Origin: Leucoraja erinacea
Lineage: Eukaryota
Length of the DNA: 64,000 nucleotides
Assembly (NCBI RefSeq): GCF_028641065.1
Contig: NC_073400.1
Location: 19,840,001-19,904,000 of the forward strand
Direction of reading: 5' to 3'
Below are positions 1 to 12,489 of this stretch, piece by piece; within the stretch, counting starts at the first letter, position 1; each line of letters starts with the position of its first letter. The position numbers and the translations under genes are program-made. The notes below the pieces were generated by a model. The model was given only the letters and a program-made list of their open reading frames with translations. It searched no databases and had not been told where the DNA came from.

Positions 1-154
1 GGACAGTTCCTGGAACCAAAGACGGCTGCAAAGGTTTCCACTTGTGTTTGTTCTGTGATGAAATTGCCAGTTTGTCTGTAATGACCGGACATCCCCTCCT
101 CCCCTCCTTCCTCCCCATTTCCTTCACTCTCCCCCTCCCCCTTCCCACCTGTAA

Positions 155-1895
155 AGGGCCTGTCCAACTTTGCGATTTGTTCAGCGACTGCGAGCGTCAG
201 TGACTGACACCTGTAGTCGCCCTAACAAAACGTCAAGTTGTACGTCAATCTACGACAGGCTACGACATAGAAACATTGAAATTAGGTGCAGGAGTAGGCC
301 ATTCGGCCCTTCGAGCCTGCACCGCCATTCAATATGATCATGGCTGATCATCCAACTCAGTTTCCTGTACCTGCCTCTCTCCATACCCCCTTCCCTAACC
401 ACAAGGGCCACATCTAACTCCCTCTAAAATATAGCCAATGAACTGGCCTCAACTACCTTCTGTGGCAGAGAGTTCCAGAGATTCACCACTCTCTGTGTGA
501 AAAATGTTTTTCTCATCTCGGTCCTAAAGGATTTCCCCTTTATCCTTAAACAGCGACCCCTTGTCCTGGACTTCCCCAACATCGGGAACAATCTTGCTGC
601 ATCTAGCCTGTCCAACCCCTTAATAATTTTGTGAGTTTCTATAAGATCCCCCCTCAATCTTCTAAATTCTAGCGAGTACAAGCCAAGTCTATCTAATCTT
701 TCTTCATATGAAAGTCCTGACATCCCAGGAATCAGTCTGGTGAACCTTCTCTATGGCAAGAATGTCTTTCCTCAGATTAGGAGACCAAAATTGTACTCAA
801 TACTCCAGGTGTGGCCTCACCAAGACCCTGAACAACTAGAGTAGAACCTCCTTGCTCCTATACTCAAATCCTTTTGCTATGAATGCTAACATACCATTCG
901 CTTTCTTCACTGCCTGCTGCACCAGCATGCCTACTTTCAATGACTGGTGTACCATGACACCCAGGACTCGTTGCATCTCCCCTTTTCCTAATCGGCCATC
1001 ATTTAGATATAGTCTACTTTCCTGTTTTTGCCACCAAAGTGGATAACCTCACAATTATCCACATTATAATGCATCTGCCATGCATTTGCCCACTCACCCA
1101 GCCTGTCCAAGTCACCTTGCAGCCTCCTAGCATCCTCCTCACAGCTAACACTGCCCCCCAGCTTCGTGTCATCCGCAAACTTGGAGATGTTGCATTCAAT
1201 TCTGCGTCACCCACCTTCACAACACAAGAAGGTTACACTGAAGTATAATAATCACATTGGAAATGAACTTATCTACAATAAATCTGAGGACCAATAACTT
1301 TTTAAGAAATAAATTGTTTATTTAATAGCTCAAAAATAACATCATATTGAAAAAACAGCAATTTGTTTAACAAGAAAGGTTTAACGTCAACAAAAATAAC
1401 TGTATATATTTAACGCCATATTTCAAAGAACACCATACTTATACAAACATTTTATTCAAGAACAATAGTCAGATCTGACAATGACGTTACAATTTACATC
1501 AACTCCAATGAACTTCAAGAAGGCAAAAAGATCTTTATTTGTTCACCACATTAGAATGAACATCATTTCAGATGTTCTTAATAATGTACTTTGTACATTT
1601 ATGTACTTTTGTACTTTTCATTCTTTATGGGCACTTTGGCCCTGGCTATCTTCAGCCAAATAATCTAAAAAGCTTTGAAAGTCGGCGCGTTATATACCCG
1701 CGTCACTGGGCATCACCCGCAGGACAGCGTACGTCAGCGTGTGACAGGACGCACGACATGACAAGACACCCAGTTGTCGTCTGAAGATTTTGAACATTCC
1801 AAAATCCAGGGGCGGCAGGGAGACACCGCGCGTCTCCACATGCGCCACCCCGCGACAACCTCTTTTCAGTCTGTCGCTGAAAATGTCGCCCAACT
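155..1895. mobile_element. Non-autonomous DNA transposon (PIF/Harbinger-like end), interrupted by a CR1 insertion
   Basis: Starts AAAGGGCCTGTCCAACTT. A similar end AAGGGCCTGTCCCACTT occurs at ~62927. The sequence resumes after the CR1 at ~1202. The right TIR is degraded and the superfamily call is inference. Confidence 0.45.
267..1201 (-). mobile_element. CR1 LINE 3' fragment (ORF2 C-terminus and 3'UTR)
   Basis: Translates to [10 protein letters not shown]...[28 protein letters not shown]...FFTQRVVNLWNSLP; has a (CATAGAAA)-type tail. Confidence 0.95.
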
Positions 1896-2462
1896 GGGGC
1901 TCCGATGTTAAAGCCCCCGGTGGACGATGGTAAGTCCTGTGGCCATTAAGCCGCGCCGGGCGATGTTAGGCCCCGGCTCCTTGTCCTTTAAACCCCACGA
2001 TTCCAGCGGTAGAAGTTGCCGTTACGGGAGCTCCAAAAAGCCGTCCCCCCCACTAGGGACCTGGAGCTCCCGATGTTCCTGTCCACCGGGCCTGCGGCCG
2101 GAGCCTCCGAAGCTCCGAAGTCTGGCCGCAGCTGCACGCCACCACAGATCCTCCCGTTCCGAAGTCGGTCAGCTCCGCGATGTCAGGTCTGCAGGCTCCG
2201 CGACTGGAGCCCTCAGGCTGGTCCCGGCCGGAGGCTGCCGCCGGCTCCACGATGCTGGGCTCAACGACACCGGAGACGCGACAGGCAAAAACTTGGGTCC
2301 CCGTTAAGGGAAGAGATTAACGGTTTCCCCCACCCTCCACCCCCCACATATACAGAGCTAAAAAAATAATAAAAACTAGGATCAAGGCATACATTTAACA
2401 AGGCAAAAATTTAAAAAAAGACGACTGTAGTCGAGCCGCTGCCGTTAGGCGCCGCCACACCC
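1896..2462 (-). repeat. GC/CpG-rich interspersed repeat fragment (unclassified, likely a retroelement 5' region)
   Basis: Sharp compositional block between AT-rich flanks; no recognisable protein in any frame. Confidence 0.35.
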
Positions 2463-3965
2463 ACCTAAGATTAAAGAGATTTTTTAAAAAGGACTGAAAC
2501 TGATGAGCTGCACTGCTGGGAACTATATTCTGCTCGCTATATATTCACCTTTGCTCTATCTACTGTACTTTAGTTTGAAGTTATTGTCTGTGTATGGACT
2601 ATCTAATCTGTTTGAGTAGCATGCAAAATAAAGCTTTCCACTGTACCTCAGCACACGTGACAATAATAAACACAAACTTAAAATGTTACCAAAGTTTGTA
2701 GCATTTGTACCCACGGTTTGTAAAATGTTTCACAGTTGAGAAAAGGATCAAGTCATTGGCAAAGAAAGGGGCAGAATAAAAGAGCAAGAAAAACAACAAA
2801 TGTTTACAAACATCTGTGGATCTGTAGAGTGGCAATGATTGAATAATGTTGATATGGAACCATCACGACTCAGACAGGAGAAACTATATTTTAATTTAGG
2901 TAGGAAATGCAGCGTGGAACAGGCCCTTCAGCCCACCCAGTCCATGCAGACCTTTGATTACCTATTCACACTATAGGGCATTTGTTACAGTACATGTAAA
3001 TACCGAGGGAGGGGATGGAAAATGTGGGAAGGGATGAATGAAACATGGAGGTGGAGTGTCTGCGAGTGGAGCAGGTGAGACCGGGAGAGGGATAACGCCG
3101 CGGGCACAGGATCAGAACAGAGCCTGTGCCAGATCAATGATCCCAAGAAACAATGGACTGTTCCTGGAACCAACGGCAGTTGCAAAGGTTTCCAATTGTG
3201 TTTGTTCAGTGATGAAATTGCTAGTTTGTCTGTAACGACGGACATCCCCTCCCCCCCCCAGCAACTACAGTGTGAATATATCTGAATAAAGCAAACTGAG
3301 AGCAGACACTGCGATGACTGTTTGACTGAGATTCTACCTTCAAAAACATGGTAGGAGCCAGTAATGGCACCCTTTAACTAGACCGAGCCAGTAGTTAGAA
3401 ATATTTCCACACCGGAACACAAACATAAGTACGACATCTGTGGTTAATCTGTGGTTAATAAGATTAAAGAGATTAGATCAATGGAAATGTTGAAAACTGG
3501 TGCCACAATGATGGGAACTATATTCGACACTCTATCTTTGTCTTTGCTCCATCTACTGTACTCAATTTGAAATGATTGTGGCTGGGCATGGACTATCTGA
3601 TCTGTTTGGGTGGCCTGCAAAATAAAGATTTACACTGTACCTCACACACATGACAATAATAAACTCAAACTTAAAATGTTACCAATGAATGTTGGACCCA
3701 AGGACTGCAAAACATTTCACAGTTGAGCAAAGGATCAAGGTGTTGACAAAGAAAGGGGAAGTAGAATATCAGAGCTAGAAAAACAGCAAATGGTTACAAT
3801 ATTTTAATATATTTAACTATATTTTAGGTTAGGTAGGAGATACAGATTGGAACAGGCCCTTTGGCCCATCTAATTCTTGCCGACCATTCACATTATAGAG
3901 CAGGTGTCACATGTAAGTAACAAAGGAAGGGGTGGAAAATGTGGGAAGGGATGAATGAAACCAGG

Positions 3966-4322
3966 TTGTGAAGGGAGTTGTCTCTGCAGAAGGTGGAAAG
4001 GGGTGGGGATGGGAAGATGAGACTGGTGGTGGGATCACATTGAAGATGGCAGAAATGTCGGAGAATTATGCAACTGCCAATCAAATCCCACCTCACCTGC
4101 ACCAACCTATCACTTCCCAAAGTTTGTCCTGCCCCCACCTCTCTTCCAACTATCTATATCTCCAACAGCCTAACCCCCTCCCACCCCAATTCACTATTAC
4201 AATCAATCTGAAGAAAGGTGTTAACCTGAAATATCACTTGTCCAGACATTCATCCGGGCCCTTTGCCATTTGCACTGTACGTCTTTATAATAAACCAGAT
4301 TCAGCAGTTCCTTGGGTCTCCA
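3966..4322. mobile_element. Penelope-like element remnant with hammerhead-type pLTR motif
   Basis: 3966-4070 resembles the PLE at 27960-28060. CTGAAGA-A-AGGT(GTTA)ACCT-GAAA at 4208-4231. Confidence 0.55.
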
Positions 4323-5205
4323 AGAAGATAGGCTCTTCGGCCCAACTCATCCTTCCTAACTTAGCTGTTACCATTTGCCAAAATTTGACATCCATCTAAA
4401 CCATTCCACGTACCTGTCCAAAAGTCTTAAATGTTACGAAGTACCTACCCCTGGCAGCATTCCATATACAGTATTATATATATATTCCACCCCCTCTTTC
4501 TATGTGAAAAATATGCCCCCCAGGTTCCTGTTCAATCTTTCCACTCTCATCTTAGAGCTCTGCCCTCAAGTTCTTAATTCCCCAACACCAGGAAAAAGAC
4601 TATGTGCAATCATCCTATCTATGTTATTCATGATTTTAGATACCTCGATAAGATTAGTCTTGTCCGTTCAATGAATAAAGTCCTAGCCTGGCCAACCTTT
4701 CCCTGTAACTCAGTCCGCATTATCTTGGCAACATCCTAGTAAATCTTTTCTGGTCCACAGGATCTCAGCGTTTTTCTTCCTGTCAACAACTTCAGGCCAC
4801 TCACCGCCGACCCCCACCCCACCCCTCACCTTGCGAATGTTCTGTTGCATTCAGACACATCCCCAACTCTGGCACCAGGGAGGCACACCATCCTGTGTGT
4901 GGGTTCATCAGCTGGGACATTTAATACAGAACAGAGAGGTTATGGTACAACTTTGTAACACATTGATTAGAATTCAGCGAGCGTATTATATACAGTTCGG
5001 GTCACCGCACTAAAGGAGGGATTTCATTGCACTGGTGAGAGTGCAGATGAGATTCATCAGTATGTTCCCTAACCCCACAATAGATGTGTTCACAGTAAGG
5101 GGGCATAAGGTTAGGGTGAGGAATAAGAGCGATCTGAGGAAAAGATTGTTTCACCCAAAGGGTGGTTGGAGACTGGACCACACTGCATGAGAGGGTGGTG
5201 GACAA

Positions 5206-5582
5206 AGATACCAGAGAAAAGCCGTAGTAGCGGATGGGTAATCTTCAGTGCCATTTCCGTAACCGGCTTCTGTCATCTACAAGCGCAGCGTACTGCTCAA
5301 ATCGCCATGGTATGCGACCCGACCAATCTTTCTTCAGGTTCCCCACGAAAAACGAAAGGTGAGAAAAAATGTATTACTTTCTGTCGTGTAATGAAAATAT
5401 TATTTAGCCTGCCCGCTCTCTCCCTACAGCTCAGATAGTCGACTCGTTGCCATGACTTGTCTATCTGAGCTATCAAGTGGGAGAGATCGGGCAGGCTAAA
5501 TAATGCAATTTCTTTCTGCCTCTCGTACAAATTCAACTGAACATCTAGACCAAAGATCGTAGAAGGGACTATGATCTAGACT
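5206..5582. mobile_element. Small MITE-like element with internal hairpin
   Basis: Inverted repeat ATTATTTAGCCTGCCCG (~5398) / CGGGCAGGCTAAATAAT (~5488); two TCTAGA sites at the right end. Confidence 0.35.
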
Positions 5583-7168
5583 CTGTTGCACGTGTGCAGC
5601 TCCCATACCAAGGGAACAACGACATGCCACGAGGACCACACATTAAAGCCTTAATTTCCTTCCTAATGTATGATGACTGTAACCATATACATGTAACATA
5701 CAACCATATACAATTCTATTCTTATGATCCCAACAATGTATTATATTATGTGGCATAATTGTTATATTAATGTATCTGTTATTGTCCATCATCCTATCCA
5801 CTTTATTAATTGCTCTGTCAACCTGCCCCACCTGGTGGCCGATTACAGAAAAGGGAGATGCAACGAGACCTGGGTGTCGTGGTACACCAGTCATTGAAAG
5901 TAGGCATGCAGGTGAAGCAGGCAGTGAAGAAAGCGAATGGTATGTCAGGCCCGTACGAAGCTTTTCAAAAAGGGGGGGGTGGCATGACAGGAATCCAAAA
6001 GATTTATGTGAAATAATGTGCACGCAGCGCACATCACAAGCGGGAAGCCCCTCACGTCCGGGTTCCAGGGGCCCTGAAAGCTTTGGAGTTTTAGATGCTC
6101 TCTGGTGCATTCTGAGCCTTATTTTGGAGCTTTTTGCACCAAATTTAAAGAAAACCTTTTTTTAGAAAATGTTTTGTGTGATGATTTGATTGCCTGTTAC
6201 TGTTACTGTGTTAGTGTGTGCAGTGCACCTTTAATGATACTCCTGACCTAACAACTTCACATCACATCAACTTTGACATGAAATAGTTCAGTTTTCCGAG
6301 AATGTAACTGTGCAAACCTACTCATCACTTTATCCAAGTCATGAGCAAAGTCATAGTGAATGTGCATTAAGGCGAGTGCAGACAGCTTGTCATTGCTCAT
6401 GGAAGTCCTGGCGTAGTGATGCAGGTGATGGACACTCGTGGCACGCCTGCATATATTGCCATTTAGCCATAAATCGTGTTTTCCAGTCTATTTTCCAGGA
6501 ATGTAACTGCGCAAACCTAGTCACGACTTTCTCCAAGTTATGAGCAAAGTCATAGTGAATGTTGATTAAGGCAAATACAGACAGCCTGTCATTGCTCATG
6601 GAAGTCCTGGTCTTTACTTCTTTGCGGATGTGAAAACGTGTTTGTCCTCTTTGGCTGGATCAAAGCAAGATGCTGAGCGAGATCGCGCCCACTGCAAGCA
6701 TGTCGCCCGAGGCGAGCATCTCTCTGGCACTTAGGCTCATGTCCAAGGGTTCCGGCTACCCCCGTAGACAAATGGAGGGGGACAGGCGGGGTCGGCAGAG
6801 CACTGTGGAGAGACTGGCTGCCAACAAGGCCAAGCATTTGAGGAGCCAGGCGACGAGGTGGTGCAAAGTGGAGCCCAATGGTTTGGAGCAGCTCTGCCTC
6901 CGAGGAAGGCAGCGGCAGCAGGGTCAGCAGCAGCATGAAGACTTACCTGGCCTCCGGCAGCCCCTAGCAGAGCGGGCAGCTGGGGCTCCCGCCTGACATT
7001 GTGCGTCACTCCAGCTCCAAGAGGCAGCTCAGGCCTGACTCGCTGGTCATGTATCGGCAGAAGTGCGAGTTTATGCGAGGAGCGGCGGCCACCAGTTTCA
7101 AGGGCACTGGCAGCCTGGTCCGTTGGCTACTGTCCGGCTCTAGCGGCCGGGGCGACAAGCAGCAGGGG

Positions 7169-8726
7169 CTGGCAACGGGAGCAGCAACGTCGGAAGGGGG
7201 AGAATTAGCAGAGGGGACAGAGGCTGCAGCACCCCACGGTGCACAAGTAACCACACCAGCAGCACTCCAGGAAGAAACGGCAGCCTCACCAGCAACAACC
7301 CAGGGTGCACAAGTAACCACTCCAGCAGCGTCCCAGGAAGCACCAGTTGCCACGCCAGCTGCATCCCAGGGTGCACAAGTAACCACGCCAGCAGCGTCAC
7401 GAGAAGCAGCATCAGGTTGCCCCAAGGAGCCGCTCAAGGGGCAGGTTGGTGAAGGGTCAGGGGGGGGGGTGGGTGAATCAGTGCGGGATGGATAGATGGG
7501 GGGGTTGAGAAGGCAATCGTTGCAGAATGGATGGATTGAGGCAGGAGAATAGGGAGGTTTCATGGCAGTCGAGTCACGACCCATGACCCATACTGTTGCT
7601 ACACTACTCCAAATGGAGTACAGGCGATGAACTGCAGGTAAGCACTTACCATTGTTTCCAGCGTAGTGGGCCCGTTAAAACCCGCTGAAATTGTTAATTT
7701 TTGCGCTGTAAATAATTATGGAAATCGGGATAAGCGTGTGAGACATTTAGCCTACTTCAGAATTCCAAAAGTGAGGAGAAATGACGGTAGATAGAAGCGA
7801 GATCTGAAGGGACAACAGTCAAAGTGCTTAGCGAACATTGGCCGTTTGCTCACTGCATTTCATCAACTAAGGCATTATTTGTGTTTTTTGTTGATCCCTT
7901 TGGCATCTAAAAAGTTTCAGAAGTGATAAATCTGGCTGTAAATTTTTTAAATCGCCCATGCTTCTCAAGTGGGTTTTTACATACAAAATTAAAATGCCTC
8001 TGAAGCAAGATTTAGCCAGATTTATCACTTCTGAAACTTTTTAGATACCAAAGGATTCAACAAAAAACACAAATAATGCCTTAGTTGATGAAATGCAGTG
8101 AGCAAACGGCCAATGTTCGCTAAGCACTTTGGCTGTTGTCCCTTCAGATCTCGCTTCTATCTACCGTCATTTCTCCTCACTTTTGGAATTCTGAAGTAGG
8201 CTAAATGTCTCACACGCTTATCCCGATTTCCATAATTATTTACAGCGCAAAAATTGACAATTTCAGCGGGTTTTAACGGGCCCACTACGCTGGAAACAAT
8301 GGTAAGTGCTTACCTGCAGTTCATCGCCTGTACTCCATTTGGAGTAGTGTAGCAACAGTATGGGTCATGGGTCGTGACTCGACTGCCATGAAACCTCCCT
8401 ATTCTCCTGCCTCAATCCATCCATTCTGCAACGATTGCCTTCTCAACCCCCCCATCTATCCATCCCGCACTGATTCACCCCCCCCCCCCCCCCCCCCCCC
8501 ATGACCCTTCACCAACCTGCCCCTTGAGCGGCTCCTTGGGGCAACCTGATGCTGCTTCTCGTGACGCTGCTGGCGTGGTTACTTGTGCACCCTGGGATGC
8601 AGCTGGCGTGGCAACTGGTGCTTCCTGGGACGCTGCTGGAGTGGTTACTTGTGCACCGTGGGGTGCTGCAGCCTCTGTCCCCTCTGCTAATTCTCCCCCT
8701 TCCGACGTTGCTGCTCCCGTTGCCAG
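7169..8726. repeat. Long near-perfect inverted repeat (arms 7169-7937 and 8014-8726, 76-bp spacer)
   Basis: The arms are reverse complements with few mismatches. The right arm lacks one 60-bp unit of the internal GAQVTTPAA-type minisatellite. Confidence 0.95.
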
Positions 8727-9583
8727 TGATAAATCTGGCTGTAAATTTTTTAAATCGCCCATGCTTCTCAAGTGGGTTTTTACATACAAAATGAAAATGC
8801 CTCTGAAGCAAGATTTAGCCAGATTTATCACTTCTGAGACTTTTTAGATACCAAAGGATTCAAGAAAAAACACAAATAATGCCTTATTGTTGATGAAATG
8901 CAGTGAGCAAACGGCCAATGTTCGCTAAGCACTTTGGCTGTTGTCCCTTCAGATCTCGCTTCTATCTACCGTCATTTCTCCTCACTTTTGGAATTCTGAA
9001 GTAGGCTAAATGTCTCACACGCTTATCCCGATTTCCATAATTATTTACAGCGCAAAAATTGACAATTTCAGCGGGTTTTAACGGGCCCACTACGTTGGAA
9101 ACAATGGTAAGTGCTTACCTGCAGTTCATCGCCTGTACTCCATTTGGAGTAGTATAGCAACAGTACGGGTCATGGGTCGTGACTCGACTGCCGTGAAACC
9201 TCCCTATTCTCCTGCCTCAATCCATCCATTCTGCAACGATTGCCTTCTCAATTTTCCCAATATTTTCAATTCCGATATCTGCACAGCCAATGTTTACCAA
9301 GCACTTTAGCTGCTGTTGTCCCTTCAGCTCTCGCTTCTCTTTACCTTAATTTCGTTTCACATTTGGAATTCTGAGGTTGGGTACATGTCTCTCACACTTA
9401 CCCCGACTTCCACAATTTTTTTCAGTGCAAAGATTCAACATTTTGGCAGTTTTTAACAGGTAGGAAAGTACGCGTTTTATAACATTAATAACATATACCG
9501 GAAGTTACGGATGTCCTCCAGGTGGATTGAGTGGCTCCGTGCGTCAAGCCCTATGACCCAGTGACCTTACGTGCAACCCCCCT
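7551..9583. mobile_element. Non-autonomous TIR element (ISL2EU-like), internally rearranged
   Basis: Imperfect TIRs AGGGAGGTTTCA / TGCAACCCCCCT flanked by an AT duplication (7549-7550, 9584-9585). Diverged subterminal inverted segments (~7670-7845 vs ~9285-9460). Superfamily inferred from the AT TSD. Confidence 0.5.
8725..9251 (+). repeat. Direct repeat of ~7922-8446
   Basis: AGTGATAAATCTGGCTGTAAATT...GATTGCCTTCTCAA is repeated with a handful of substitutions. Confidence 0.95.
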
Positions 9584-9599
9584 ATTAGTGTGTGTTGGT

Positions 9600-10080
9600 T
9601 GAGTAGGTAAAAATGTGAGGGGAGAGTGCGGGGATGTCAGTGGGGGAGTACGGGATAGATGGGGGTAATCAGTACAGGATGGATGGGAGGGGGGGGGGGA
9701 GTCCGTGCAGGATGAATGGGGGGCTCAGTACAGGATGAATGGGGGTGGGTCAGTACAGTGTGGATCGGGGGGGGTCTGTGCAGGATGAATGGAGAAGACA
9801 GTGCAGGATGGATGGGAAGGGGGTCAATACAGGATGAATTGGGGGACCAGTGTAGGATGGATGGGGGGGGGGGGGGGGGGGCAGGAGAATCAATGCGAGG
9901 GGGATAGGGAGATCAGTGCAGGATGAATAGATGGGGGGGGGGGGGGGGGGGGGTTTAGTTCGGGAGGGAAGCACGGGGGGTGGCAGTAAGGGACTGAATA
10001 GATGGGGAATTGGGATCAGTGTGGGGTGGATAGGATGGGTCCCAGGATAAAGGGGGGGGGGGGGGGGGGGGTCGTACAAG
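9600..10080. repeat. G-rich degenerate minisatellite (TCAGTRCAGGATGRATGGG plus G runs)
   Basis: Repeated CAGGATGAATGG/CAGGATGGATGG units separated by long G tracts. Confidence 0.8.
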
Positions 10081-10371
10081 AGAGAGAAGATGCATAGGAG
10101 GTGGCGAGGAGGAAGGAAGGTCAGCGCTCCTCGGCCAACACCGGCATCATCGCCCCGCAGCCCGTCCCTGCTCACCGCCTAAAGGGGAGGCAGTTGGGTC
10201 TTTTTTTTTTACTCTGGAAATAAAGGGGGGTGTGGTCGCTCTCCTTTTCGCACCCCCGCTCTCCGTCACTCTCAGCACCGACCAATTCAAATGCGCCCAG
10301 GCCAGGATGCGTGCGAACTCGTTGAATGATGCCGTGGGTCACTAGTCTGGCGGCTGCGAGAAGAGACGTGG

Positions 10372-10555
10372 CGGAAGGAACTGTAGATTTACCCGTTTAT
10401 ACCGAAGATAGAATCAAAATGCTGGAGTAATTCAGCGGGACAGGTAGCGTCTCTGGATAGAAGGAATGGGTGACGTTTCAGAAGGGTCTCCACTCGAAAC
10501 GTCACCCATTCCTTCTATCCCGCTGAGTTACTCCAGCATTTTATGTCCATCTGCG
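10372..10555. mobile_element. Head-to-head (inverted) Penelope pLTR pair
   Basis: AAATGCTGGAGTAA...GAAGGAATGGGTGACGTTTC / GAAACGTCACCCATTCCTTC...TTACTCCAGCATTT; the same arrangement recurs at 12289-12490. Confidence 0.7.
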
Positions 10556-11923
10556 GGAAAAATACATTTGGTAACTGACCCTTGACGCTAACGCGAGGCA
10601 TGGACCAAATATGCTGAAGCATCTCCTTCTGCAGATGCTGCTCAACCCGCTGTTTTCCAGCAGGTTGTTCTTTGCATGACATCGTCAATGTTCTCTCTTG
10701 TCTCTGTGTAGACGAATCCCCCATCTAATTCCCACCCCACAGCAGGATATTAGAGACCATGTGGCCATGGCCCGAACAAAAAGCTTAGGGCAGTGTATGA
10801 TGGCGGGGGGGGGGGGGGGGGAGGGGATGCTTGATGTGAAGGAGATGGCGTGAGGCTGGCATGAGTAGAGAACTCTGGATAACAAGAGATATACACACAA
10901 ACTTTTGGAGTAAGGCCTGACCCACTGAGTTACTCCAGTGTTTTGGTATAAGCCAGCATCTGTAGTTCCTTTTTATTACAAAGATCGAGAAACTGGTCCA
11001 AATGTGCACTGTGAAAAAGAGGAACAAATGAGAGAATACCGAAGACCAAACTGGACATTTAAGTTTGGAGGAAGAAGAGATGGATGAGGTCCTCAATTAA
11101 TATTTATCCTCTCGTTCTTACAAATAGAGAAAGACATGAAGCCGAATTAACTTCGAAAATGCGGATGTCTTGGTAATTACAGAAGGTGCTTGACATGTTA
11201 AAATGTATTTTAAATTTTTTATTTTTTTATTTTTGTTAGAATTAAGTACAATACTGTGGTACCTCAGTACCTAATACTTGTTGACATATTACATTTCATA
11301 TACATGTTCACATGTTAAAATGTATGATGGTAAATAAATCTTCAGGGCCTGATCAGGTAGATCCAAGAACACTAGTAAGCTAGAGAAGAAATTGCAGGAG
11401 CCCTGGGTGAGATGTATGCATCATTGTTAGGCACGGGTGAGGTGCCGGAAAACTGGAGGGTTCTCTGTAATTTCTTGCCATCTTGGATGAAGATGTTTCC
11501 AAACTGTGCTGTGATGCCTCCTGATAAAATGCTCCCTACGGCGCATCAGTGGAGGTTGGTGAGCTTTGTTGGGAACATGCCGAACTTCCGAAGCCTTCAA
11601 AGGAAGTAGAGGTGTTGGTGTGTTTTCTTGGCCATTGTTTTGATATCGCTAGTCCTGTCACCCCTTTGTGGCTTCTATTGTGAACTCGCCTCCTCCCACA
11701 CTGACTTCCTGTCCATCTCTCTCGATTGTTTCAGTTGCACAGAAGCAGCGGGATAGGAAGGGCGCTGAGACTGAGGGAAGTCGCCCTCTGTCCTCTCTCA
11801 CATTGCTCCACTGCACCAATCCCATCCTTGAGTGAGTCCAGGAGTTTGACATCTTTCCTGAAGAGAAAAGGTGTCCATCGGGACAGATCAGGTGTCCACT
11901 TCACACTGGTTGCTGAGAAAAAG

Positions 11924-11978
11924 ATGGATGTTTGGTGCCTGCTCATCTGCTTCTGGCTGTCTCTCCCCAGCACAATCC
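11924..11978 (+). CDS. Orphan signal-peptide (leader)-like exon MDVWCLLICFWLSLPSTI
   Basis: AAGATGG start context, 55 nt (18 codons + 1), hydrophobic, strong phase-1 donor C|GTGAGT, upstream ETS-type ACTTCCTG (11704). No downstream + strand partner exon found. Confidence 0.4.
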
Positions 11979-12489
11979 GTGAGTTTCATTCTGAGCGAGT
12001 CATTTTATTTCATTTCCCCCTCTCTGAGCGGATTTCTTTCATTTTTCCAGAACAGGAACTAAACTCTTCAAGCGTGATGGGGAAGGAGGACTTAAAAGAG
12101 GAGCACATATTGCAATATTAGTTCAGGGGTCCACTGATGGAGCATACCATAGAATGCTCTTTGAATGAATCCAAGTGGGCTTTTCTTCTTAGTAGACCTT
12201 TCGGGGATCTTCTACATAGATTTAAAATTGGCATCCCTATAGTCAGCAGGAGATAGAGAAGCACGGATGCAGACAAATTATAGAATTATGTTGGAGTAAC
12301 TAAGCAGGCGAGGCAGCATCTCTGGGGAGAAGGAATGGGCGATGTTTTGGGTTGAGACCCTTTTTCTTCTGAAACCTGAGGCCCAGTCGCCCATTCCTTC
12401 TCTCCAGAGATGCTGCCTCACCCACTGAGTTACTCCAGCATTTTGTGTCCCCCTTCATTTTAAACCAGCATCTGCAGTTCTTTCTTACA

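Larger units (their letters stand above)
1..3965. repeat. Diverged tandem duplication of a ~1 kb unit; the first unit is split by ~2.3 kb of inserted elements
   Basis: 1-100 aligns by eye with 3156-3258 (GGACAGTTCCTGGAACCAA vs GGACTGTTCCTGGAACCAA). 2467-3045 aligns with 3458-3965 (TAAGATTAAAGAGATT...ACAATAATAAAC...AAAATGTGGGAAGGGATGAATGAAAC). Confidence 0.8.
5946..10270 (-). mobile_element. Decayed hAT-family DNA transposon with a duplicated transposase C-terminal (hATC) remnant; hosts the 7551-9583 insertion
   Basis: End CAGGCCCGTA at 5946. Minus-strand peptides RTSMSNDRLSVFALINIHYDFAHNLEKVVTRFAQLH (~6500-6610) and RTSMSNDKLSALALMHIHYDFAHDLDKVMSRFAQLH (~6300-6410) resemble the hAT dimerisation-domain end. 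The right boundary is approximate. Confidence 0.6.

Noticed and set aside
7001-7495. 164-aa Ala/Thr/Pro-rich mucin-like ORF (and its mirror at 8475-8831)
   Set aside because: It derives from a minisatellite inside a hAT remnant and the inverted duplication; there is no splice or signal context.
11731-11857. Minus-strand GPI-signal-like end (ATSLSLSALPIPLLLCN*)
   Set aside because: It needs a phase-2 entry, but the C2 exon ends in phase 1 and no bridging exon was found.
12110-12285. Minus-strand hydrophobic stretch SVLLYLLLTIGMPILNLCRR as the TM exon of gene A
   Set aside because: There is an in-frame stop just upstream and no acceptor before the hydrophobic part, which looks like a polypyrimidine tract.
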